Shown piece after piece: positions 44,469-64,000 of a DNA stretch of 64,000 nt. This DNA is from Hormiphora californensis (lineage: Eukaryota; Animalia; Ctenophora): NCBI GenBank assembly GCA_020137815.1, contig CM035356.1, forward strand, positions 2,852,001 to 2,916,000, written 5' to 3'. The translations under genes were made by a program, and so were the position numbers. The notes under the pieces are model-generated. The model searched no databases, was not told the origin of the DNA, and was given only the letters and a program-made list of their open reading frames with translations. Numbering within the stretch: the stretch's first letter is position 1; every line of letters begins with the position of its first letter.

Positions 44469-45449
44469 CAAATTCGATCAGTGAACAGCCTCGAGACCCT
44501 GCTGAAGAAGAAGACCCTGCTATACCATTGATGCCTAAGATGAAAACACTAGATATAGTTATGCTTGACGGGCACATCGATATATCATTGTTATTGTTTG
44601 AGCGGTTACTGAACTCAATGCCGAATTTGGAGAACCTGAACTTTGACGGCACTTACGTGAGAACCTTCCAACCAATTGGGTTAATGCCGCAGTACCCAAA
44701 TATGAACCAATTCATCGTGCCAATAATCAACAATTGTCCAAATCTTGTATCTCTGAAGTTTACTGGGATGATGTGTACAGAACTGGAGAAAGTCCAAAAT
44801 CTTCATAAACTGAAAAGCCTTCACGCATCCCTTGACAAAGGAGAGGCTCATGATTGGTTAACACGGTGTCCCTCCCTCGTTAACTTGACCTTGAGATCTA
44901 CAATCACTGATGATGACGTTGCTGCAGCGATAATTGCTCTGGAAAACCTTGAAACCCTGGACATAAACTTCTGCAAAAATATAACCGGGACTTTTTTGAA
45001 AAAGCTTGAAAACATTCAACGAATATCGCCTCGTCTTGTTATTAGATGCGATCTTGAAAATCTTGATTCTAATTCCACACCAGCCTTTATTTCTTTGAAT
45101 GTACGAGAAAAATTTACCTACATTGGTTTATTATAAGCAGTCCTCCGAACAACCTGAAGAAAATGCAGATGATGAAGAAAATGCAGATGATGAAGAAAAT
45201 GCAGATGATGAAGAAAATGCAGATGATGAAGAAAATGCAGATGATGAAGAAAATGCAGATGATGAAGAAAATGCAGATGATGAAGAAAATGCAGATGATG
45301 AAGAAAATGCAGATGATGAAGAAAATGCAGATGATGAAGAAAATGCAGATGATGATGTAAGTTCATTAGACACTGAAGATTCAAACGGTGAAGAGTCAAC
45401 ATCAAACAGTTCTGATAATAATGATTATCAGGATGAAAGTAGTGACTAG
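44469..45449 (+). pseudogene. Partial duplicate of the 3' half of the intronless F-box/LRR gene, with (EENADD)n acidic tail
   Basis: Near-identical to 40363-41286 (differences EEED/EEEED, M/I, V/A); lacks the F-box and the 5' end. Confidence 0.8.
45156..45356 (+). repeat. 18-bp tandem repeat x11 (gaagaaaatgcagatgat = EENADD)
   Basis: Direct inspection; a degraded equivalent lies at ~41050-41250. Confidence 0.95.
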
Positions 45450-45707
45450 AATAGTACACTGGTAAAAGAGAGTGTGAGTTATCACTCGATGTATGTAGCA
45501 TGTGTGATAATCTTTTTACAATTTATTATGTGAGACGACCCAATTTATGGGGTGCATTATATCCGTCTAATTTCACTTTTCACTCTAGTCCGAGGTGACA
45601 ACTGAAAAGAGATGGAAATGTGCCCCATATACCTTGGCGTGACACAATGATTCTTTTAGCATGTTTTAAATCACCGTGTTTCAAATTCTACTCCTCTCAG
45701 CTACATT

Positions 45708-45977
45708 GTTTGTTTGTTTGTTTGTCACTAAACCATGGGATACGCTCAGCAAACCTCCATACCAACCCGGGTATGTGGTAACTATGGCGCTGAGTCCCTT
45801 TCTCTCCCCTGGGAGAGAAAGAGACTCATGGTTTAAATTTCTGGAACATTTGAGAGGATCTTGGTCCGTTAGGTAACGTTTTGCCTTTGAGAGGGTCTTG
45901 GTCGGGTAGGTAACATTTTGCATTTGAGAGGGTCTTGGTCTTGAAAATAGGTAACGTTTTGCCTTTAAGAGGATCTT
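45708..45977 (-). mobile_element. SINE-like short retroposed insert with 13-bp TSD
   Basis: TSD tctcagctacatt at 45695-45707 and 45978-45990; (AAAC)n tail on the - strand; internal ~38-bp repeats. Confidence 0.6.
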
Positions 45978-46034
45978 TCTCAGCTACATTATGATAATGT
46001 CATTATCCCCAGAGGTTGTGTTTCAAATTCTACT

Positions 46035-47038
46035 TAATCCTTATAATTCTTGTCAAAATACGGCTTGACCTCATATTTTTGGGGGGCAAGCTAATTCCTT
46101 CACCAAGTGTTAGCTAGGGACCTCCTGAGACACCAAAAAAAAGTTTACAGCCCTACTCGTTGGGGGAGGTCATTTCCGGGCCACACCCTTTTTAATAAAA
46201 AGCGTAACTACCCTTAGGAAAGGAGTAGAGACAAAATTAAGGGCACCAAAGTGTTCAGCGTCCTCGCATTAGTGGGGGTAGGTGCCGGAATTAAGTCTCT
46301 ATCTCATCTGGTTAATTAGATAATTGGATAATTAGGTTTGTACATTACCGTTTGTTGGCTATATGGCTATAGCCACTTTGGAATGGTTTAAAGACTTTTC
46401 ACTGGTGCCATTTTGTTAAGAAAAAAATTTTAATCTAAGAGTTGTGGAAAAATTTAGGCCCCATCTCTTACCGTTTTGGCGTTATTTGCGGTCAAAGAAG
46501 GTTAAATCAGCCGAAAATGCCAAAAAATGGGGGGATAATTGGCCAAAAATGCCAAAAATTGAGTAAATTGACCTTCTTTGACCGCAAATAACGCCAAAAC
46601 GGATAAGAGATGGGTCCTACATTTTTCCACAACTCTTAGATTAAAACTTTTTTCTGAACAAAATGGCACCAGTGAAAAGTCTCTAATTCATTCCAAAGTG
46701 GCTATAGCCATATAGCCAAAAGACGGTTATGCGCATACCTAATTATCCAATTATTTAATTAACCAGATGAGATAGAGACTTAATTCCGGCACCTACCCCC
46801 ACTAATGCGAGGACGCTGAACACTTTGGTGCCCTAAATTTTGTCTCTACTCCTTTCCTAAGGGTAGTTACGCTTTTTATTAAAAAGGGCGTGGCCCGGAA
46901 ATGACCTCCCCCAACGAGTAGGGCTGTAAACTTTTTTTGGTGTCTCAGGAGGTCCCTAGCTAACACTTGGTGAAGGAATTAGCTTGCCCCCCAAAAATAT
47001 GAGGTCAAGCCGTATTTTGACAAGAATTAGAAGGATTA
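46035..47038. mobile_element. ~1.0-kb fold-back MITE (copy 2)
   Basis: Near-identical to 37372-38504 but with the left-type terminus at both ends; left flank ACT. Confidence 0.9.
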
Positions 47039-47832
47039 TAAATATTAGATACATAGTTGTGCGGCACAACTTGTGCCACGTGATATAATAGGGATCCCTA
47101 AAAATTTCAGTCTTTACGAGCATTAAATTGCCTGCTTGGTCTACGTGACAAACCGCTCTATATGAGAAAACGCTCTTCTTGAGAAATCGCCCTGCTATGG
47201 GAAACTACTAAAACAATTATTACCAGTTTACATGTATAATATCTCCCACTCTCCAGATACTTGTTATATCCCAATCTCTCTCTCTCTCTCCCTCTCAATG
47301 ACCGCAATCCTTATCTTTCCCTGGTACTATCACCCGATATATCCACTTCCCTTTATTTCGTCTAAAACCCTCCGCCCCGCCACGCCACCCCACCCCGCCC
47401 ACCCTAACTCATGACATTTACTACACTGTACACAATCCAACAAATCCTTTAGAGTTTTAGACTAAACCAATTAACTCTCATCCAGCTCAGATTACAAAGA
47501 AAGCCCAATCATAATTCATAGTATGAAGCTCACATCACTAAATCATAGTATGAAACTCACAACCTCACCCCAACTTAATGAGGTTTATCTGGATGCATCG
47601 CATCCCCTCTTCAGGATGACTGCTGCACTCCCCCCCCTCACCACTCCCCGCAGCAGTCGTCCCTCCCTTTCAGGGTTAACTACCCCCTAACCCTTCCCAT
47701 TATCAGTCGGCCCCACTAATGGGATTCCCATCCTCTCCTCATACCTCACGGCCATCATTAGCGGTGCTGGTATCACTAAGTGATTGGCCCTGTGCGTAGG
47801 GTCCCCAACAGGGGTTCACGCCCATGGCAACC

Positions 47833-47971
47833 GGCCCGGAAATGACCTCCCCCCAACGAGTAGGACTGTAAACTTTTTTTTGGTGTCTCAGGAGGTCCCT
47901 AGCTAACATTAGGTGAAGGAATTAGCTTGCCCCCCAAAAATATGAGGTCATAGCAAGAATTGGATGGATTA
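47833..47971. mobile_element. Right terminus of the same fold-back MITE (copy 3 fragment)
   Basis: Matches 38367-38504; followed by TTA. Confidence 0.85.
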
Positions 47972-48142
47972 TTATCCTCTACAGTATTACGTGTACATAT
48001 AGTGTTGCACATAATTCCGGCCCTCGAAACTTTCACATAAATAAATGTAGAGGAGCGGCGTCCTGCGTCTAATTAAAACTTCCTAATTTAGGGTTCCCTA
48101 GCAAGAAGTGTAGCAGCAAGTTATATCCCGAGCTTCTAAACA

Positions 48143-50278
48143 ATGGTATGTGATGACAAGTTGTAATGTATTTACCATAACTCCGTACCATGAAATTCAG
48201 TATTAAACCATTTCTTACTAGGTTTTACATGTTACTGTCTTCAACAATATTCGTATTACAATCATTTTGCAGGCCTCACCAGTGTGTCAGGTAGACGGAG
48301 AATTGTTGGCTGCTGCCAAGAAATTCAGATTCAGAAAAGCCAAGAACATTGCAGCAATTATGAGTAAGTTGTAAAGGGTTTATAAAACATCCAGTAAATT
48401 ACTGTTTTCAACTGTTCACCCCCCCCCCCCCCCCCAGGGGTGTAGGAATAGGGGGGGGGGCGAGGGCCCCCCCCCCCCCCACTTTTGGCCAGGTTCGCCC
48501 CCTCACTTTTGTCGCCAACAGTCAACACTCACTCCCAAATGACGAAATCATGACTTTTGGCTCAAAACCCTAAAAATTTTCCGATGTGTAGTAAATGCAA
48601 TGGAATAGGTGGCTAAATCTTGCTCACAAAAAATTTTCTTGGGCGCTGGCCAGCGCTGTAATTGGTCACGTGACTTCGCCCCCTCACTTGAAAAATCATT
48701 CCTACACCCCTGCCCCCCCCCCTCTTTGGGGTGAATAGTTGAGAAAAATGGACTTTAAATTACTTATTCAATAAAAGAGCGTGTTCGTCATACATAATCA
48801 TTATTTACTCAAACACAAAGTTTCTCAACATTTCACACGTCACTCTCCAGTGAAGATTAACTCCGCAAGTCTGACTGTAGAGATGGATGAGACTTTTGAG
48901 GACGTTTCAATTGAGGATCTGGCCGATGAACTTCCCACTGCTGAACCAAGGTACACCATCATGGTACTACCACGGTTTGTATTATGTACAAATTTATCCA
49001 TGGGGATCCATATACCTCATAATTGATGTGCCAACTATTCAAATAATTTTGCTCAAATAATGTTCCTTAAATAATGTTCCTCAAATAATGTTCCTCAAAT
49101 AATGTTCCTCAAATAATTTTGCTCAAATAATGTTCCTTAAATAATGTTCCACAGGTTTCTGCTGATAAGTTACGTGTTGAATCACAGCGATGGACGAGTA
49201 TCCTATCCCCTTATTTTCATCTACTACACTCCCCCGAGTAAGTGTTGAGAGGGAGAGAGAGAGAGAGAAATAAGCTCTGAAAGGGAGAGAATTGTTTGTC
49301 AAGGGAAACTACTGGCTATGCATAAGGCAGTGAGCTAGGAGTGAGAGAAACAAAGATCTGGTAGAATCCATGGGAGAGAGCTAGAGAGAGGTTTTAATAA
49401 ACACGGCACTATTATAACACCCACACGCTCCCCTAAGAACCATGCACTCTCCAAACTAATTAAACACCTCCTTTCCCCCCGGAAAGGATCTATTTCCTCT
49501 CATTTAGTATTATAAATAACCTATCATTCCGAGTGCAGGGAGACTGGAGAGCCGAGAGGAGGGGGGGGGGCAAGGCAACTGAGTTACTGATTCCTTTTGT
49601 TTCAGCTGCAAAACCTGAACTAATGATGCTCTACTCTTCCACTAAATCTGAAATCGAAAGGAAAACTGACGCAACCAAGGTACCCCGTTATTTGCCATGT
49701 TACTAGGCATGATGAGATACACTGGTCAATCTTTCCCTATTGTAGCCCCTGCTTTGGTCTTTTACTGTTTACACGAATGTACTAAAGACCAAAGTAACAG
49801 GATTTGTAGCAGGATTCTGGGCTAAAAAAAGGCCTTGTTCAAGTCATACTAGCCTGGCCAAATCAACAGCCATTATGAGTCGTACAATGTGAAAAAGCTC
49901 CAATTGCAATTGACTTCCGTATGTGTGTGCTGCATCAGCGGCAGGAGTTACTTTGTGAGACGCCTCGTTAAAATGTCTGGAACGCGCGACCCCGAACGAC
50001 ATGCTGAGTGAGATATTGGCGCGAAATTCTGCGCGCGCGTGGGAATTCTCCGGTGTTGAATTTTAAGTTCGGAGCTTCGCGGACACTTTCACTTCCTGAC
50101 CCCGTTTTGATTCTCTCAGTGTGCTCAGATCAGATCGGACCGACAGCCCACTCAATCGCGTCCTAGTTCTCCATCTCAATTCTCTCTATTACCAATTGTC
50201 TCCCTTCAGTCGTACGAGTTAAGAAACAGTGAGGATATGACGGACGAGTGGCTTCTTGAGGAACTGGGTGGCCGGTAG
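48143..50278 (+). CDS. GMF: Glia maturation factor (ADF-H family), 6 exons, 139 aa
   Basis: Exons 48143-48145, 48273-48363, 48851-48950, 49155-49237, 49606-49679, 50210-50278 (420 nt). Motifs KFRFRK, LADELPTAEPRF, DGRVSYPLIFIYYTP, KPELMMLY, EDMTDEWL. Confidence 0.93.
48435..48712. mobile_element. MITE (TIR caggggtgtaggaat) inserted in a poly-C run in GMF intron 2
   Basis: 15-bp TIRs with C-runs on both sides; nested inside another short inverted repeat (tcaactgttcacccc/ggggtgaatagttga). Confidence 0.75.
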
Positions 50279-50553
50279 ATATGTGAAATACATGGTGCCT
50301 GTAAAAAGAGAGTTGTTTCTCAATACAACAAATTACTATGCTAATACTTGCACCATAAAAACTGGAGAACAACAATTTCCCTGACGTTGTGTTTTGTGTG
50401 TCTGTGTGTTTGTTTTTATGATTCCAAGATTGCATATTTCCCGTACTGGTAGTAAGAAAATGTCTCTTTCTTTTTTCTATTTGTATCAGTGTTGTGTACA
50501 CTTTAGTTTTCAGTCAGTGATGAGATGTGTTTTTGATTTGTTTCTCTCAAGAT

Positions 50554-50615
50554 CTGTGTGGCGCCGCGACCCCATCTGAGCGCACTGTCAAATGGGGTAT
50601 GGCGCCGCCATACAG
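50554..50615. mobile_element. Ultra-short hairpin MITE copy with perfect 8-bp TSD
   Basis: ctcaagat at 50546-50553 and 50616-50623. Confidence 0.85.
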
Positions 50616-51938
50616 CTCAAGATAGGTAGCACCTAATTTCGTTATAGGACGGGTGGGTGTAATAATGACTGGTATTTTGTCAGTCGTTGGTATGGAAATG
50701 TCGGATGTTATGGTTACCGTAACCATAGACACTAGACACTGCTGGGGGGGGGGGTAGTTTAGTCGCCCGTGAGTGATCGGGAGAGAGTTTTATAGAGAGC
50801 GGAAGAGACGTCACTGTCTATCACGAGTCATGACAGTTTTGACTTTTGAGTATATGGGTATGACTCATACTATGATTTGTTTCATCCTTCAAGTCCGGTC
50901 CAGGGCCCTATTCTCATTTCTTTCTCAGCGAATGAGAACAGTGGGCATACCAGACATGACTTGAGTATGGTGACTGTGTGCCGTCTAATCCGTGTTCTAT
51001 CGCTTTCAGGACACTCATGTCAGAGAGTGAGAAAGAAATGACACTCACAGCTCTTGACTCTTCCACTATCATTGGAGTGTTATTTCTCGTGGAGTGTTAT
51101 TTCCCTCGGAAGAGGGTACACCGTACCTAAAACCGACCCAGTTCTATGAGACATAAAACGCTAATCTTTTTTACGTAATGTATCAGGTTGTTCAAGAAAC
51201 AAAAAACATTCGCCTTTCATATTATTAAACACAGGGGATTGGTATATAATATATCGTATATATATATAGAACACTTGCTCAATCATTACCGCACATTCAA
51301 GAATTATGTCTTCATTCTTATTTTTTTCAAAAAAATACGAAGAGGCCAGTATATGAAATCATTGCTGCACTGGCGGCTGAAGACCTTCTAACAAGGCCTC
51401 TCAGCACCATAGGATTATTGTGTGGATTCTCTCCATAGAAGGGGTCACCAGGAATCAGCACTCACAAATCCACTAAACTATAATAGTAAGGAAAACTACT
51501 GGATTTGTGTGCACTACGCTGGCCACCCCTTCTAAGCGATCTATAACCTCACAATTATGGCCAGATCAAGACAGGCGATGGCAAGACTTGTTGTATATAA
51601 TAAGCGCTGTAAACAGAGTGAAAATTGTCAAAAGGTAGTATTATGAAGGATCGAGTTTGTACACACACGATCAGATATATTTATGTATCGCACACACGCA
51701 CATTATGGACACACAAAAGTCCCTATATATTGCACAACAAATCTAATAGAAGAGGGAGGCCACTTCTTAAATCATTATTTGTAAGTGTCTTCTTCACAGT
51801 TATAGGACAGATATATATTATAATGTAAACGCTCTCTCTCTCTCACACACAAACACACTCCCCCGTGCATTGCAACTGTACAGTTGGTTGTCTCTCTCAT
51901 CTCACTACCACACACTCTCTCTCTATCTCTCTGTCTCA

Positions 51939-60667
<8,729 letters not shown>

Positions 60668-63634
60668 GGACTAGGATATGACAATAGGGGTTAGTTTCTA
60701 GTTTCAAATCGATTCATTACATTTGGAAAATTATGAAAATAACTGCAGCTTTTCGTGACGAAAACTAGTAGGAAGAAATTAGTTTCGTATCAAAGGACGA
60801 GCTAGGTTGCCCTGGGCTCCCCAAGCGATGCGAGGGGCAAGAAGACAAAATCAGCATTATAACCGGTTCACCAACGGAGCTCAAATAGATTACAAGATTA
60901 CAATGTAGGATTTTATTATGCCTATAAGTTGTACCTGAAAACTTATAACAAGAGACCGAAGGTCGAGTGTTATAAGTACAACAATAATGATTCGAGACCA
61001 CAGGTCGAGGCAGATTCTTGTACTTTAGTGCACGAGCCTGCGAGACCGGTGTTTTTATATTGATATTGTTAAGTGCCACTAAGTCTAACTACCTCACGAG
61101 CCTGCGAGTGATGTAGTTTTACTTTTTGACCGAGCCTGCGAGGTCTAAAAGTGTAAGAATCTGGGACATTATTGTTGACGTCAGGTACAACGAAAATAGG
61201 CATAATAAAATTGCATTGTAAAATTTTTAAAACAAGAGTGAGAGACAGTTTAGGGCGTAACAATAGAACGAATTCATGATAAGGTAGCAGGCAGAGATAA
61301 GATAACGCCTGAGATCTATAGGTAAAGAGAGTGAGAGATTAGCGAGAGTGAGAGAGAGATGAAGAATGTGTGGGTCTGGGAGTTCGTGACTGTTATCTTG
61401 ATCTCGGTGTTGCAACGGCTTGAGAGTGTGACATAAAGAAAGAGAGAGAGGGAGTTCGTAAATGCTTATCTTTCTAACGGTTTTTAAGTGTGACAGAAAC
61501 AGTGGAGTAAGGACTTCTAAGTGCAGCAGTGTTATAAGTTTTCATGTATCACTGGGGGGTGTTATAAGTGAAAACTTATAACACTGGGGGGTGTTATAAG
61601 TGAAAACTTATAACACTGGGGGGTGTTATAAGTTGTACAAGCAGTGCTACCTAAAGAATTATATTACATCTCAAAATTTTACAATAACAATAATAGCAAG
61701 AGTGTTATATTAATTTGCTGTAGCCAGTAGCTAGCGATTGCAGATTAAACTTTAAAGCGTGAATTTGGTTCAATCCAATCCAGCGTGATTAACGGTCAAC
61801 CTAAACGGTATCTGATATATATTCGATAGCACTAACCGATTACCCCAAACATAACCCTAAGGACTGACCAGAGTCTGTTTACCAGACTATAACGGGCAGC
61901 CCCTCATCTGGTCCGGCTCTTCAGTCTGAACCATTGCCCAATGCTGTTTGAGCTATTACGTGTTTAATTTATTTAGGTGGACCCACACTAAAACTTTAAT
62001 TGTAAACTTGTAAACTTGTAAACTTGTAATTATTATTACCTCTAAAATGTATACATTTGTTTGAGCTAAAAATACTCTTAATTTACACCAAACATTTGCG
62101 ATTCCAAAGCACTGAGCATTCTTTTCTTCTTTAAGTCCCGATGTTGGCCGCCTTTCTGCTATTCTAAGCAGATTTTTATTTCGCTCGCCTGGGGAGCCTT
62201 CCCAGCTTGTTTTTTCTTGATTCTTCTTTCTAAAAAACGTACCCCAGATAATAAATAAATATAACAATACACTCCCTCACTCACAAACCCCAGACCTAAC
62301 CCTGACCCTTTGTTAGTCCTAGTGAGTGCTGACAAGTGCCACTCCAAACACCGAACGTTGGGTCAAAAGAAACACCTGTTTAAAAAATTTTTAAAGTGTG
62401 ATTTCTAAAAAAATCACATTTCCTCAAAACTTTAAATCACGCGCCGCGCGGCGCCGCAACTGCATTGTAGTATTGCCATATTTCGCGCGTGCCATTTTAA
62501 TAGACGCCGCGCTGCACGTTTTTATTCATTTCATTATTATATTTTTACCTTTTTTGCTTGTTTTTTGCTTTGATCATGTCAAGTTTTTGACTTGAGTCGC
62601 CTGACACTTTGAAAAATGCTGCCTTGTCCTATCGGGGGCCAGCAACGTTTGCCAACCTGACACTGTGCTCCTGCACGTAACACATTTCTAGAATAAAAAA
62701 CAATTAAATTCAATTTTTGACTTCAAAGTTTCTTTGATCATGGCGGTTTTGCTTGAAAAGGGTCAGCAGCGGCCAGCGTTTGCCAAGGGTTTTGCGTGCT
62801 AAAAAGTGTTTAGGTGTAAAGCTATGAAAGCACGCTCGATCTCTGATTGATTAATCTTGTGAGTCTTCTTACTGTATGCCTGATGGACACTTTTTAAATG
62901 TAACCTTACAAGTTACAAATGTAATACTTACAGCTTATCCAGCTTACTGAATGCAGAATTTTCAAATGAGCGTCTTGGGTAAAAGTATTTTGTTACACAT
63001 ATTCATTCCTGGTGTCTGGTATTTATGCCAGGCCATGTCTCCTAGTGGCAAAATGTAAAACGAATCCCAAACAACAGAATAATTTACTTGTATAAAACAT
63101 TATTTAAGTCTGACATTGAACTAAACAAACTTCAAATCTAAATAATTTAAAAATCAAGTCTCTCAATAGCTGAGCTTTATTATCGGATGCAGTTTAACTT
63201 ATTTAACTTCCTATCTCGCCCACCTCTGGGTGCTACACAGTCCTCCTTCTTTCTCTCTCTCCATTATTCTGTTGTATAAACACTTCTGTTCTCAACTGCT
63301 TGTTACATATGTCCTTTCTTGTCGTCTACTCGTTTGTGTTTCTTTAACCTGTGGAAAAATCAGTTAGTTTATATATATAGTTGTGATCTTATTGGTTTTG
63401 TTTCGACTTTTACTAGTCCGGATTTCACCTATTCGTCAACTTTTACATTTCAATCATGCACACACAACACACTATCAACTGTACTACAGTGTACATAGAA
63501 ATGTACACAGTGTATGTACGATTTCCTGCATGATTGAATTTCACACACTTAGTACTAGATGTATTAACTACATTGTAGTTTGAAAATGTTAGTTCGACAT
63601 GTTCTAAATTGTGATCCCTACCTATAATTCCTAC

Positions 63635-63952
63635 CTAATCGTGGTCCTTGATACAACAAAGACAGCAACTGAAAAGCAGACAGATCAACTGAAGGACGAA
63701 GGCAGACATCATAATTCCTGCAATTGCGTTCGTCCACTCATTCATAAAGTCCCTGATCTTCGATTGGCAACCCTGTGAAAGTTTTAATTAAGAATCCAGA
63801 ACCAAAAGTATGTGTGACGGAATTGTGTATCAGTTCTGTGTTCATTGTACCTGAGTGTAGAACTTTTGAGCTACCACCGTTTCGTTTTTAGTCAAGTCAA
63901 CGTTTTCCCCACAGTCTGCCTTCTCTTCCTTACAGCACGAGTCGGGCAGATA
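63635..63952 (-). CDS. Tetraspanin, last two exons (5' part outside the window)
   Basis: Exons 63952-63851 (YLPDSCCKEEKADCGEN...FYTQ) and 63772-63635 (GCQSKIRDF...VLQLICLLFSCCLCCIKDHD*): PxSCC, GC and TM4 signatures. Confidence 0.88.
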
Positions 63953-64000
63953 CTGAAACACACATCCCAGATTATTCATTTGTCTGGTTAGTCCATAATT

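Noticed and set aside
47585-47832. GC-richer structured segment as a ribozyme or ncRNA
   Set aside because: It has hairpins, but I could not place a complete hammerhead or HDV core; probably a retroelement UTR fragment.

Overview
This is eukaryotic (metazoan) genomic DNA: short GT-AG exons sit in introns full of microsatellites, minisatellites and fold-back/MITE elements. It is probably a ctenophore. That is an inference from my recollection that the 101-bp repeat at 28438 is abundant in Pleurobrachia, and it was not checked. Spliced genes reconstructed by hand: an 11-exon F-box/LRR gene (+, 4270-23726) whose 13.7-kb intron 8 hosts an antisense 109-aa protein resembling the Regnase/ZC3H12 N-terminal UBA-like domain; TSPO (+, 26248-30634) with a cathepsin-L-like protease nested antisense in intron 1; a 60-aa secreted neuropeptide-precursor-like gene (-); GMF (+); PP1 catalytic subunit (-); and the 3' end of a tetraspanin (-). 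Region 37.3-48.0 kb is an accessory block. It holds an intronless F-box/LRR gene, an orphan Sushi exon, a LINE fragment and a SINE-like insert, bracketed by fold-back MITEs whose 3-bp target duplications are swapped, which points to a circularly permuted cassette. Several genes carry tandem duplications of their own splice junctions. Parts of the sequence are error-prone (frameshifts in conserved exons; 18.2-20.1 kb looks like base-calling noise). No prokaryotic features, rRNA, tRNA or CRISPR arrays were found.
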